This document shows, one piece after another, positions 55,837 through 64,000 of a stretch of 64,000 nucleotides of DNA (the first letter of the stretch is position 1; the number at the start of each line of letters is the position of its first letter). This DNA comes from a virus. The DNA lies in the IMG/VR virus record IMGVR_UViG_3300027985_000286, positions 32,001-96,000 of that record; one strand, given 5' to 3'. The notes under the pieces were generated by a model. The model did no database searches. It saw only the letters and a program-made list of their open reading frames with translations, and was not told the DNA's origin. The translations under genes and the position numbers were made by a program.

Positions 55837-57441
55837 ATGCGCTGGGATTCATTCTGGAATGGTTTCGGTTCTAAGAAGGAAGATAGAAAGCAGCAAACCA
55901 TCGCGGCAAACACTGTTGTAGAAGAACAAGACGGTGCGATTGTCGTTGAAGGCGGTTTCGGTTACTACGGTCAGGCTTTTGTTGGTTGGGATGGTTCACC
56001 CACAAAAACAGAAGCAGACCAGATTTCTAAATACAGAAACCTGCTTCTTATTCCTGAAGTAGACTATGCAGTTGACGACATTACAAACGAGGCAATCTCA
56101 ACTGATACGACAGATGTATCAGTTGAGGTTATCCTTGATGACGTTGAAGTTAGTGATAAGATCAAAAAGAGGATAGTTGAGGAATTTGAGACTGTCCTGT
56201 CTTTGATGAAATTTAGCGTTAGAGGTTATGAGTACTTCAAAGACTTTTACGTTGATGGTAGAGTTGCGTTCCACAAGATTATTGATTCTTCCAAACCCAA
56301 GCAGGGTTTGATTGCCGTTAAGCAGTTTGAGGCTATCTGTCTGACTAAGGTCAGAGAGGTAAATAGAGATGGAGACGGCATTATCAAGGATTTTCGTGAA
56401 TACTTCGTGTATGATGAAACACTCTTACCCTTCCATTCAAGAAGATCAAGATTCAACGGTAAGAAGGTTGAGATTCCTAAAGATTCGGTCACCTTTGTTA
56501 TTAGTGGTGATGTTGATGTGAGAACAGGTATGGTTATCGGCCCTTTGCACAAAGCTGTTAAGTGGGCTAATAACCTAACCATGCTAGAAGATGCCACTGT
56601 AGTCTATCGCTACAGCAGAGCACCAGAAAAGAGAATGTTTTATATTGATACTGGAAACCTTCCACCAACTAAGGCGGAAGCGTTCGTTACTAAGATCATG
56701 AACAAGTTCAAGAATAAGATTGTTTATGATCCAATGACTGGTGGCGTAAAGGATCAGAAGAATCTCCTAAGCATGTACGAAGACTTCTGGCTTCCTAGAT
56801 CTGCAACTGGTCGAGGCACTGAGGTAACTACTCTGCAAGGTGGTCAAAATCTTGGAGAGATTGATGATATTCTTTACTTCCGTAAGAAGCTATACCAGGC
56901 ACTTAATATCCCTACTTCAAGGGTTGAACAGGATGGTGTGATTCAGTTTGGTAAGCTTGCTGAAATCACCAGAGACGAGCTGAAGTTTTCAAAGTTCGTT
57001 GGTAGGCTCAGAAAGCGTTTCAGTGAGGTTTTTACTGACATACTTGGTACACAGTTAATACTCAAAGGAGTGCTAACTGAAGATGAGTGGTTAAATATCA
57101 ATGGAGATGTAAGGTACGATTTTGTTCAGGATGCCTACATTGCAAGACAGAAAGAAAACGAGCTTCTGCAGTCTAAAGTTGACATTATGAGAGACCTTGA
57201 ATCATATATTGGTAAGTTCATAAGCTACAAGTGGACGGCTAAGAATGTTTGGAGAATGTCAGATGAAGAGATTGAAGAGATGAAGAAAGAGATTATTGAA
57301 GAAAGGAGTGATGAGGTATACGGCCAGCCAATGAATGATGAGGGTGGTGATTTTGGTGGAGGCCAAACACCACCAGATAACAACTTTGGACAAGGTAGTA
57401 AACAACAAGATAACAACCAGGATACAGAGGAAGAGGATTAA
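55837..57441 (+). CDS. 20: Portal protein (gp20)
   Basis: YVDGR, EDA.V.YR..RAPE.R.FYIDTGNLP, EDFWLPR, ITRDELKF. Confidence 0.97.
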   Translation: MRWDSFWNGFGSKKEDRKQQTIAANTVVEEQDGAIVVEGGFGYYGQAFVGWDGSPTKTEADQISKYRNLLLIPEVDYAVDDITNEAISTDTTDVSVEVILDDVEVSDKIKKRIVEEFETVLSLMKFSVRGYEYFKDFYVDGRVAFHKIIDSSKPKQGLIAVKQFEAICLTKVREVNRDGDGIIKDFREYFVYDETLLPFHSRRSRFNGKKVEIPKDSVTFVISGDVDVRTGMVIGPLHKAVKWANNLTMLEDATVVYRYSRAPEKRMFYIDTGNLPPTKAEAFVTKIMNKFKNKIVYDPMTGGVKDQKNLLSMYEDFWLPRSATGRGTEVTTLQGGQNLGEIDDILYFRKKLYQALNIPTSRVEQDGVIQFGKLAEITRDELKFSKFVGRLRKRFSEVFTDILGTQLILKGVLTEDEWLNINGDVRYDFVQDAYIARQKENELLQSKVDIMRDLESYIGKFISYKWTAKNVWRMSDEEIEEMKKEIIEERSDEVYGQPMNDEGGDFGGGQTPPDNNFGQGSKQQDNNQDTEEED

Positions 57442-57443
57442 CA

Positions 57444-57698
57444 ATGAATCTCTCAGAAGCAATTGAATCAAAAACACCGTCTCTTAAGATTGGAGAGATT
57501 GTGGAAGGTATCGCTGAAGCTACCCTATCTGGCATCATCAACGAGAATTTCGAAAGCGTTCTTGCTGAGCATTCTTTCATTCTCGAGAAGAAAAAGTGCT
57601 CTGAGGAAGAGGACGACATGGAAGGCAAGGAAGGCGATGATGACAAAGGTGACAAGGAAGGCGATGATGACTCTGACGAAGACGAAGACGAAGAATAA
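57444..57698 (+). CDS. Prohead core protein (gp67-like, acidic)
   Basis: Small acidic ORF immediately after portal. Confidence 0.55.
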   Translation: MNLSEAIESKTPSLKIGEIVEGIAEATLSGIINENFESVLAEHSFILEKKKCSEEEDDMEGKEGDDDKGDKEGDDDSDEDEDEE

Positions 57699-57725
57699 TT
57701 CTTCTCTCGTCAAGGAGTAGTCACC

Positions 57726-57977
57726 GTGGCAACAGGTAGAATTAAGACCAGGGTTACGTCGAAAGGTCAGAAAATTAGACGTAAGTTCTGCGCAGCTGGT
57801 TTTCGGTTCAACCGAGAAACCAACACGTGCGAGAAAATGTCTGCTTCTGACAGAGCTCACAAAAAGCTAGCAATTAGAAAGGCTCTAAGAACAAAAAAGG
57901 CAGACTTGGGTGGTAAAAAGAGAGCCACAAGAAAACGTCTAAAGGCACTCAAAAGAAGAAAGGCAATGGGGTTGTAA
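57726..57977 (+). CDS. Prohead core protein (gp68-like, basic)
   Basis: Very basic, ends KRRKAMGL; lies before gp21. Confidence 0.7.
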   Translation: MATGRIKTRVTSKGQKIRRKFCAAGFRFNRETNTCEKMSASDRAHKKLAIRKALRTKKADLGGKKRATRKRLKALKRRKAMGL

Positions 57978-57981
57978 CCTA

Positions 57982-58653
57982 ATGGCACTCAAGCTTATTC
58001 AAGAATCGTCATTTCAGCTGAGCACTATCCGAGAAGATACATCTGAAGGCAAGAGGATGTACATTGAAGGTATTTTCGCTCAAGCTGAGGTTGTCAACGG
58101 TAATAAAAGATGGTACTGGAAGCCTGTTCTTGAACAGTCGATTGGGAACTATATTGAAAACTTTGTAAAGAAGAACAGAGCAATCGGTGAAATTAACCAT
58201 CCCGACTACCCAATGCCTAATCCAGACAACGCTGCGATTCGAGTGACTGAGATGCAGTGGGATGGCAATAACGTATTGGGAAGAGCCCTTGTTCTAAAGA
58301 ACAATCAAGGTAAAAACCTCCAGAGTTTGATTGAGGATGGGTACCAAGGCGGCGTTTCTACTCGTGCTCTAGGTGAGATGAAGAAATCGAAGTCGATGAA
58401 GGGTGTTAATGAGGTCCAGATGGGTCTTATTACCACTGCAGTAGATTATGTGTCTGACCCATCTGGACCTGATTGCTGGGTAAACGGCATTAACGAGTCT
58501 CTCTCAGAATGGGTTCAAGATGCCAAAGGCGCATGGGTTCGGCGACTTGTTGAAGAGCGGAGCCGTGAGGCATTTGAAGACATCGACCCTAAAACAAGAG
58601 AGGCTTTGCTGCTCGAGTCTCTTAAGAGTTACTTTGACAGCTTTAGAGCATAA
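57982..58653 (+). CDS. 21: Prohead protease (gp21)
   Basis: YIEGIF.QAE..N.N.R.Y, GEINHP, GVSTRALG, D.V.DPS. Confidence 0.95.
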   Translation: MALKLIQESSFQLSTIREDTSEGKRMYIEGIFAQAEVVNGNKRWYWKPVLEQSIGNYIENFVKKNRAIGEINHPDYPMPNPDNAAIRVTEMQWDGNNVLGRALVLKNNQGKNLQSLIEDGYQGGVSTRALGEMKKSKSMKGVNEVQMGLITTAVDYVSDPSGPDCWVNGINESLSEWVQDAKGAWVRRLVEERSREAFEDIDPKTREALLLESLKSYFDSFRA

Positions 58654-58736
58654 CAAGGAGACTCGCAAGAGTATCCTTTCTAACCGTATTCATTTGTTAA
58701 ATAACAGAAACGCTTAGAAATACCAGAGGAAGAACA

Positions 58737-59471
58737 ATGAACGAACTGCTGAATATTTTTGAAGGCAAGGTTGAGCTCTCAGATGAACTGAAAACTGCTC
58801 TTTCCGCTCTTTGGGAGGCTAAGGTTGAGGCTGTTACCACAGAACTAGAAGCCAAGCAAGAGAAGTACATCACTGAAGAGGTCATTCCTTTTTACGAGCA
58901 GAAGGCTCAGAATTACATCGACGACGTGATTATGCCTGAGGTAAACGATTACGTGACCGAGTCGGTCAAGGACTTTGCCAGAAAGCACGAAAAAGAACTG
59001 CGCAACTATGCAATCACCGAGGCTAACTCTTATTTCATCGGTAAGATGAAAGACCTGTTTGAAGGGATGTCAATCAAAGTTCCTGAAGGCAAGGTTAACG
59101 AGCTGAGCGACGCAATGGCGCGCATCGCTAAGCTGGAGGAGCAGGTAGAATCTGCAACTCAGGCCAAGATCATTGCCGAGAAGGCAGTTCTTGACATGAA
59201 GAAAGGTATTATCGTTGAAGACCTGAAAGACGGCATGAGCGAGCTACAGGCCGAGAAGTTCTCCAAGCTCATCGAGTCTATCGATTCGGACAGCCTAGAA
59301 ACCTTCGAGAAGAGAGCTAACCTGATTAAAGAGTCTGTTACGGTGAAGGCCCCGGCTAAAGTCGAAGAAGGTAAGGATACACCACCTGCAAGTGTAATCA
59401 ACGAAGACGGTATCACTGACCCCTGGCTCCGTAGCCTTGTTGATTCTGTGAAAAAGAATCCTAAGGCTTAA
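58737..59471 (+). CDS. 22: Prohead scaffold (gp22)
   Basis: Helical, E/K-rich; between gp21 and gp23. Confidence 0.85.
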   Translation: MNELLNIFEGKVELSDELKTALSALWEAKVEAVTTELEAKQEKYITEEVIPFYEQKAQNYIDDVIMPEVNDYVTESVKDFARKHEKELRNYAITEANSYFIGKMKDLFEGMSIKVPEGKVNELSDAMARIAKLEEQVESATQAKIIAEKAVLDMKKGIIVEDLKDGMSELQAEKFSKLIESIDSDSLETFEKRANLIKESVTVKAPAKVEEGKDTPPASVINEDGITDPWLRSLVDSVKKNPKA

Positions 59472-59527
59472 GGTTTAGACTGGCAAAAGAATTAAATACC
59501 AATAGAAAACACAAGACTTGAAGAGGA

Positions 59528-60826
59528 ATGACAATGGAACGCATTTTCGAAAATCTTGACCACGGTGAGGCCGTTTCTCAGTTGCTGACTGATGAAAAGG
59601 GTGCACCTCTTATCAAAGAGAACTACAAGAAGTTCGTCACAGCAACTATGCTCGATAACCAGATTGACTTCCTGAAGGAGTCTGCTCCTCCTGTGAACGT
59701 TACTGGTTCGGCTATTCAGAATTGGGACCCCGTCCTCATTCAGATGGTTCGTCGGGCAACCCCTCAGCTGATGGCGTTTGACATCGCTGGTGTGCAGCCG
59801 ATGACCGGTCCTACCGGTCTGATCTTTGCCATCCGCTCACGTTACACGTCGCAGACCGGTGATGAGGCACTCTATAACGAGGCTAACTCCGCGTTCTCGG
59901 GTACGGGTACTCAGGCTGGTGATACGTCAGGCTTTGCTGCTGACGCGTTCGGTACTGGTGACCCTGCTACTGGTACTTCTGCTGGTACTGGTATGGCTAC
60001 GAGCGCTGCAGAGCTGCTGGGCACCACTTCTGGTACTGCCTGGTCAGAGATGGCGTTCAGCATTGAGAAGACCAACGTTACTGCTACGAGCCGCAAGCTG
60101 AAGGCTACCTTCTCGCATGAAATTGCGCATGACCTGCGTAAGATTCATGGCCTGGATGCAGAGACTGAGCTGGGCAACATCCTGTCCACTGAGATCGTTG
60201 CAGAGCAGGACAGAGAGATCCTGCGTCGGCTGAACATCTCTGCTTCGCTGGGCTGCGTGACCGGTACCACTTCTCAGTACATCTACGACGTTGCCTCTGA
60301 CTCTGATGGTCGTTGGCTTGTTGAGCGTTGGAAGGGACTGGTCTTCCAAATGGAGAAGGAAGCTAACGTGATTATGAAGGCTACGAGACGTGGCAAGGCA
60401 AACATTGTGATTTGCTCTGCTAACGTGGCGTCTGCGCTGAGCATGGTTGGCTTGCTGGACTCTAGCAACAACCCGCGTTTCAAGGGTGACCTGATGGTGG
60501 ACGAGACTTCCAGCACTTATGCTGGTGTGCTGAACGCTCGTTACAAGGTCTACATTGACCCATTTGCGACCATTGATTACATCACAATGGCGTATCGCGG
60601 TCCTAACGCTTGGGATGCAGGCATTTATTACTGCCCGTACGTGCCGCTCGAGATGTACCGTGCAGTGGGTGAGGATTCGTTCCAGCCACGTATCGGTATT
60701 GCCACTCGGTACGGCATTGTTGCCAACCCGTTCGCTGCTAACACAGCAACTGGTGAAAAGACTGGCAAGGGCCTTGGACAGGGTGAGAACCCTTACTTCC
60801 GCAAGTTCAAGGTGATCGGTATCTAA
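59528..60826 (+). CDS. 23: Major capsid protein (gp23)
   Basis: DPVLI..VRR..P.L.AFDI.GVQPMTGPTGLIFA, EM.FSIEK..V.A.SR.LKA, DAG.YYCPYVPL, FQP.IG..TRYG. Confidence 0.98.
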   Translation: MTMERIFENLDHGEAVSQLLTDEKGAPLIKENYKKFVTATMLDNQIDFLKESAPPVNVTGSAIQNWDPVLIQMVRRATPQLMAFDIAGVQPMTGPTGLIFAIRSRYTSQTGDEALYNEANSAFSGTGTQAGDTSGFAADAFGTGDPATGTSAGTGMATSAAELLGTTSGTAWSEMAFSIEKTNVTATSRKLKATFSHEIAHDLRKIHGLDAETELGNILSTEIVAEQDREILRRLNISASLGCVTGTTSQYIYDVASDSDGRWLVERWKGLVFQMEKEANVIMKATRRGKANIVICSANVASALSMVGLLDSSNNPRFKGDLMVDETSSTYAGVLNARYKVYIDPFATIDYITMAYRGPNAWDAGIYYCPYVPLEMYRAVGEDSFQPRIGIATRYGIVANPFAANTATGEKTGKGLGQGENPYFRKFKVIGI

Positions 60827-60851
60827 TACCAACAACCAGAGTAGTAACATT

Positions 60852-60879
60852 GAAAGGGCCTATTCGGCCCTTTCTTTTT
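60852..60879 (+). terminator. Intrinsic terminator after gp23
   Basis: GAAAGGGCC-TATTC-GGCCCTTTC followed by TTTTT. Confidence 0.88.
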
Positions 60880-61177
60880 GGTTGTCTTTTCTGGGGATGG
60901 TAACGTCGATGAGATCTTGGGTTAGCTTATCGAGCTTATCCCTTTCACTCTGTACTAGCTCACCAACAGTATTAAAGGTGCTGTTTTGGAAAGCAGGAAC
61001 GTTCCTATAGACACTCTTAAGTGGTGTACTAGGATCCATACCAGAGAAGAGTATGGCATAGTGTAGTATGACACTTCTGGTGTCTTCGATCTGGGTTAAA
61101 AGCTCCTTGCGACGCTCCCCCATACCTTTCTTAGCACGTCTCTTCTTAAGGTTACCGTTCATACATTGCTCCTCCAA
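60860..61177 (-). CDS. Hypothetical protein
   Basis: ORF with GGAGGAG RBS before an internal ATG; converges on the gp23 terminator. Confidence 0.55.
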   Translation of the reverse strand: MEEQCMNGNLKKRRAKKGMGERRKELLTQIEDTRSVILHYAILFSGMDPSTPLKSVYRNVPAFQNSTFNTVGELVQSERDKLDKLTQDLIDVTIPRKDNQKERAE

Positions 61178-61222
61178 TTAGTAGCGCAAACACGTTAGCA
61201 CAAAAATAAATCAGAATAAACC

Positions 61223-61250
61223 TTGTATCTTTGATATGTTCGTGTATACT
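61223..61250 (+). promoter_or_regulatory. Early-type promoter with A-rich UP element
   Basis: AAAAATAAA upstream; (CC)TTGTAT-N16-TATACT. Confidence 0.6.
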
Positions 61251-61268
61251 AACAACATACAAACAACA

Positions 61269-61303
61269 CAGCACAACTTGAAGATAGGACTACACAATGG
61301 CAC
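61269..61303 (+). repeat. Leader/RBS direct repeat copy 1
   Basis: CAGCACAACTTGAAG(AT)AGGACTACACAATGGCAC. Confidence 0.85.
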
Positions 61304-61551
61304 GTAACAAAATCGCATCACCTCAGCGTGTAAAGTCTGTAATCAAAGAGCTGGTAGAATCTGGGTTTGAGTTTGTAGAATGGACCGAAGATAGTCCTTA
61401 CGACTCTCCCAAAGTTCGCGTTAAAAAGAATGACATAACGTGGAGCGTGGCTATTGAAAAGGGTACCGTGCAAGCTCTTAGGATGAGCGACTGGTCTTGG
61501 GGCAAAAGCCATACCAACGTAATCGATATGATTGAAGAAATGGGGAGATAA
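61297..61551 (+). CDS. Hypothetical early protein
   Basis: 84 aa, AGGA RBS, first gene after promoter. Confidence 0.7.
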   Translation: MARNKIASPQRVKSVIKELVESGFEFVEWTEDSPYDSPKVRVKKNDITWSVAIEKGTVQALRMSDWSWGKSHTNVIDMIEEMGR

Positions 61552-61553
61552 CA

Positions 61554-61736
61554 ATGACACCCGAACAGCAAACAGAAATCCTTGAATTCCTGCGTTCACG
61601 GGCAGATGAATGGCAAAACAAAGCTGAATCGTTCAGCGGTGACCCAGATTTCGATGAAGGCGTGGTATCTGGAATGTTTCGCTGCGGTGACGAGGTTGAA
61701 ACTCTACTACGACGCCTGGGCCTCTGCAGGCGTTAG
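61554..61736 (+). CDS. Hypothetical early protein
   Basis: 60 aa, GGAG RBS. Confidence 0.6.
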   Translation: MTPEQQTEILEFLRSRADEWQNKAESFSGDPDFDEGVVSGMFRCGDEVETLLRRLGLCRR

Positions 61737-61745
61737 TACACATAG

Positions 61746-61778
61746 CAGCACAACTTGAAGAGGACTACACAATGGCAC
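61746..61778 (+). repeat. Leader/RBS direct repeat copy 2
   Basis: CAGCACAACTTGAAGAGGACTACACAATGGCAC, identical to copy 1 except a 2-nt indel. Confidence 0.85.
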
Positions 61779-62071
61779 ACAATGACAACGAAACTACTTT
61801 GGTCCTTAACCGAATTTTCACTGTTGCCAGCAAGTTCAACCTCATATTCGACGGCCCTGGTACTTCGAACTGGCGTCGTCGCAAAGGTGAGTACCACATC
61901 TACTTCCGCGCTGTAAACACAAAAGGTAACCCCACACTGAAGGAATTGTGGGTGAGCAAAGGCAATCGCATGGACTCGGAGCTCAGTAAAGAGCTCAGCA
62001 AGCACTTCAGCGCGGTAAAGTTTGAAGGTGGCTGCGCTGACCTTGGTGCTTCGTACAAGGTCAAGATCTGA
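61772..62071 (+). CDS. Hypothetical early protein
   Basis: 99 aa, GAGGA RBS. Confidence 0.7.
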   Translation: MAHNDNETTLVLNRIFTVASKFNLIFDGPGTSNWRRRKGEYHIYFRAVNTKGNPTLKELWVSKGNRMDSELSKELSKHFSAVKFEGGCADLGASYKVKI

Positions 62072-62081
62072 GGGGATAACC

Positions 62082-62258
62082 ATGGACCGCAACTTGCTGA
62101 ACATTGCTCGAGAGATTGAAGAAGACGGGTTGCTCTACGACCAAATCAACGGGTTCCATCGCACTGTACTGGACGAGGTAATAATCAACACTGTGTCAAG
62201 GAGCATGGATCCTGACTGCACTGCATACTCGCAGTGGGTGTTGAACCTCAATCTCTAA
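62082..62258 (+). CDS. Hypothetical early protein
   Basis: MDRNLL start after GAGGGG RBS. Confidence 0.55.
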   Translation: MDRNLLNIAREIEEDGLLYDQINGFHRTVLDEVIINTVSRSMDPDCTAYSQWVLNLNL

Positions 62259-62310
62259 CGCTTGCGGAGTCCTTTGCTTAAATAGAGTTGTTCTAGCAAA
62301 GGACTCCGCA

Positions 62311-62811
62311 ATGTCATCATCTATACAAAGCGCTCTTAACAACCTTACACCTGATAAGTTCTTGATGAGGGTGTCTGTGTTGCCCAACTTATCTTTCCGG
62401 ATAAAGCAAACTCAAATCCCCGGGTTGTCTGTTGCTGTACCTCAAATTGGAAACCGAGCAAGTCAGAGATTTAAACCCACTGCATACAACGTGGAGCTGA
62501 GTCCCCTCAATGTCACGTTTGTGGTAGATGAAGAGCTTAGGAATTGGATGGAGGCCTTCAACTGGTTTAAATTGTGTACCAAGTCAGATGACCTCTTTGA
62601 GGATGGCATTCTAGCTGAAATATCCATCTTGGTACTAGACTCTGACCTTAAAGAGGTGTTGGAGCTGCAGCTACAAGATTGCGTACCAGTGTCCTTGAGT
62701 GATATCAACCTAGCAGTTGATGACGAGAGTACAACCCTTCTGGCAACTGTTACCATTGACTACTCTACCTACAAAATCAAAACACCCTTGTTTGAAGTGT
62801 CATATGATTAA
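62311..62811 (+). CDS. 3: Tail tube terminator (gp3)
   Basis: NL.P..F, IPGL, PL.V.F.VDE.L.NW.E..NW, P.SLS; late promoter at 62279. Confidence 0.88.
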   Translation: MSSSIQSALNNLTPDKFLMRVSVLPNLSFRIKQTQIPGLSVAVPQIGNRASQRFKPTAYNVELSPLNVTFVVDEELRNWMEAFNWFKLCTKSDDLFEDGILAEISILVLDSDLKEVLELQLQDCVPVSLSDINLAVDDESTTLLATVTIDYSTYKIKTPLFEVSYD

Positions 62812-62855
62812 TCCGCCTATCGTGCTATACTAAATGAGGTTCTACTAGAGGTAAG

Positions 62856-63308
62856 ATGATGACAACCGACTCGTTGTTCGACAAGAAGTTTGATGATCTT
62901 AAGAAAGAAGCCAACAATGACGTTAAGATCAACGTTGCAGACCTTGGAAGGTCTGCATCAGAAAATCCTAAACTGTACGTCAAGTACCTTGACAAGCTTT
63001 CAACAGAGGTTGTCCAACTCGATAAGCTAGAAAGAGAAAAGGCAAGGTTGTACAAGTCAAGATGGTCTTACTATATGGGTCATGCACCTGAGGAAGAGTA
63101 CAAGAAGAGTCCATTAAGAGAGAAGATACAGAAGGCAGACATAAATAAATACATTGACGCCGACCCTTTGATGCTAGAGATGAGCGCGCGCATCGACAGG
63201 CAGAAGGTGCTCGTAAGATACCTAGAAGATGTAATCAAAGCTATCAAAGATCGACAATTTTCCATCAAAGCTGCCATTGACTGGCAAAAATTCCAAAGCG
63301 GGGCATGA
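62856..63308 (+). CDS. uvsY: UvsY recombination mediator
   Basis: P.LY.KYL, YY.G.A, K.DI..YIDAD, R.F.IK.AIDW.KF..G. Confidence 0.92.
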   Translation: MMTTDSLFDKKFDDLKKEANNDVKINVADLGRSASENPKLYVKYLDKLSTEVVQLDKLEREKARLYKSRWSYYMGHAPEEEYKKSPLREKIQKADINKYIDADPLMLEMSARIDRQKVLVRYLEDVIKAIKDRQFSIKAAIDWQKFQSGA

Positions 63309-63309
63309 C

Positions 63310-63498
63310 ATGAAATCATTCAAAGAATTCGTCAACGAAGCCAAGTATCAGGCATATGGTCCGTTCAAGACCAAAGAAGAAGCTATAGCAGATGCCAAAG
63401 AAGAGATTGGCGGTGGAACTCAAGGAAAGAACTTTTTCATCGAAAAGGAGAAAGATGGTTTCTACTGGTCAGAAACCAAGAAAGATGGGTCGATTTAA
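63310..63498 (+). CDS. Small protein with capsid-targeting-like N-terminus (internal head protein candidate)
   Basis: MKSFKEFVNEA resembles the T4 internal-protein capsid targeting sequence. Confidence 0.55.
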   Translation: MKSFKEFVNEAKYQAYGPFKTKEEAIADAKEEIGGGTQGKNFFIEKEKDGFYWSETKKDGSI

Positions 63499-63926
63499 CC
63501 CCATCTTTCTTTAGCAGCAGCGAAAGCAGCCTTATCGGCAATTTCGTTGAAATGATCGCCGTTGTGACCGCGTACCCAGTTCCATTTGACCTTGTGCCTC
63601 TGCGATGCGGCTATTAGCCGCTTCCAGAGGTCTGGGTTCTTCACGTTCACAAAATTCTTTCTTTGCCACCCAAGAACCCATTTCGTCATTCCGTTGACAA
63701 CGTACTGGCTGTCAGAAACAATCTCAACTTCGCAGGGGTACGGTAATGCCTCTAAAGCAGAAATTGGACCCATCAACTCCATACGATTATTGGTAGACTG
63801 AGCATCGTCACTGGCACCAGTCAAAACCTTGTAGTTTCCACTCTCGAGAATGACAACTGCAGCCCATCCACCAGGGCCTGGATTCTTACGAGTACTGCCG
63901 TCAGTGTAAATCTTTATCTTGCGCAT
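63495..63926 (-). CDS. rnhA: Ribonuclease HI (bacterial RnhA type)
   Basis: IYTDGS...NPGPGGW, TNNRMEL, SDSQYV, VKNPDLW, WVRGH.G...NE.AD. Confidence 0.95.
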   Translation of the reverse strand: MRKIKIYTDGSTRKNPGPGGWAAVVILESGNYKVLTGASDDAQSTNNRMELMGPISALEALPYPCEVEIVSDSQYVVNGMTKWVLGWQRKNFVNVKNPDLWKRLIAASQRHKVKWNWVRGHNGDHFNEIADKAAFAAAKERWG

Positions 63927-63986
63927 TTCTTTTCCTGTTAAATATGCTATATTGTAGTGAAATTTATCTAAAGGAGCAACACTATC

Positions 63987-64000
63987 ATGAAAACACTAAA
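63987..64000 (+). CDS. Start of a truncated ORF (MKTL...)
   Basis: AAGGAG RBS, TAAATA at 63939; runs off the window. Confidence 0.45.

Noticed and set aside
57609-57695. GAAGGCGATGATGAC-like repeats in the gp67-like gene
   Set aside because: Explained by a low-complexity acidic protein tail
60044-60850. 268 aa antisense ORF over gp23
   Set aside because: Shadow of a strongly codon-biased gene; no RBS or recognisable motif
1-64000. tRNA genes, CRISPR arrays, introns/inteins, homing endonucleases, integrase
   Set aside because: None recognised by eye; gp43, gp17, gp46 and gp20 are normal length. A tRNA/ncRNA scan was not run

Overview
This 64 kb window comes from a large lytic T4-like myophage. 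Bases 1-24.6 kb (minus strand) carry replication, recombination and nucleotide-metabolism genes: uvsX, gp43, regA, gp62/44/45, an RNA-repair pair, dCMP deaminase, dexA, gp46/47 and gp55. Bases 25-60.8 kb (plus strand) carry the virion module: gp2, baseplate, a tailspike, a VrlC-like protein and gp13-23. Small early genes, gp3, uvsY and a bacterial-type RNase HI follow. The most notable element is a tightly coupled gene run directly upstream of the DNA polymerase (4.2-12.3 kb). It combines 7-deazaguanine genes (queE, folE, a DpdA/TGT-like transglycosylase, queC) with a GT-B glycosyltransferase, a myo-inositol-1-phosphate synthase and two HAD phosphatases. The transglycosylase and the glycosyltransferase both end in a T4-type sliding-clamp-binding peptide (LDxLF). 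Together this suggests a clamp-coupled DNA hypermodification involving inositol or a sugar. Other notable signals are a probable -1 frameshift fusing gp26 to an unlisted gp51, a PAAR-peptidase M15 fusion next to a lysozyme-less gp5, a dispersed 31-nt intergenic repeat, a reduced TAAATA late promoter, two GC-rich islands and a candidate origin. All calls come from motif recognition and synteny by eye; no database searches were run.
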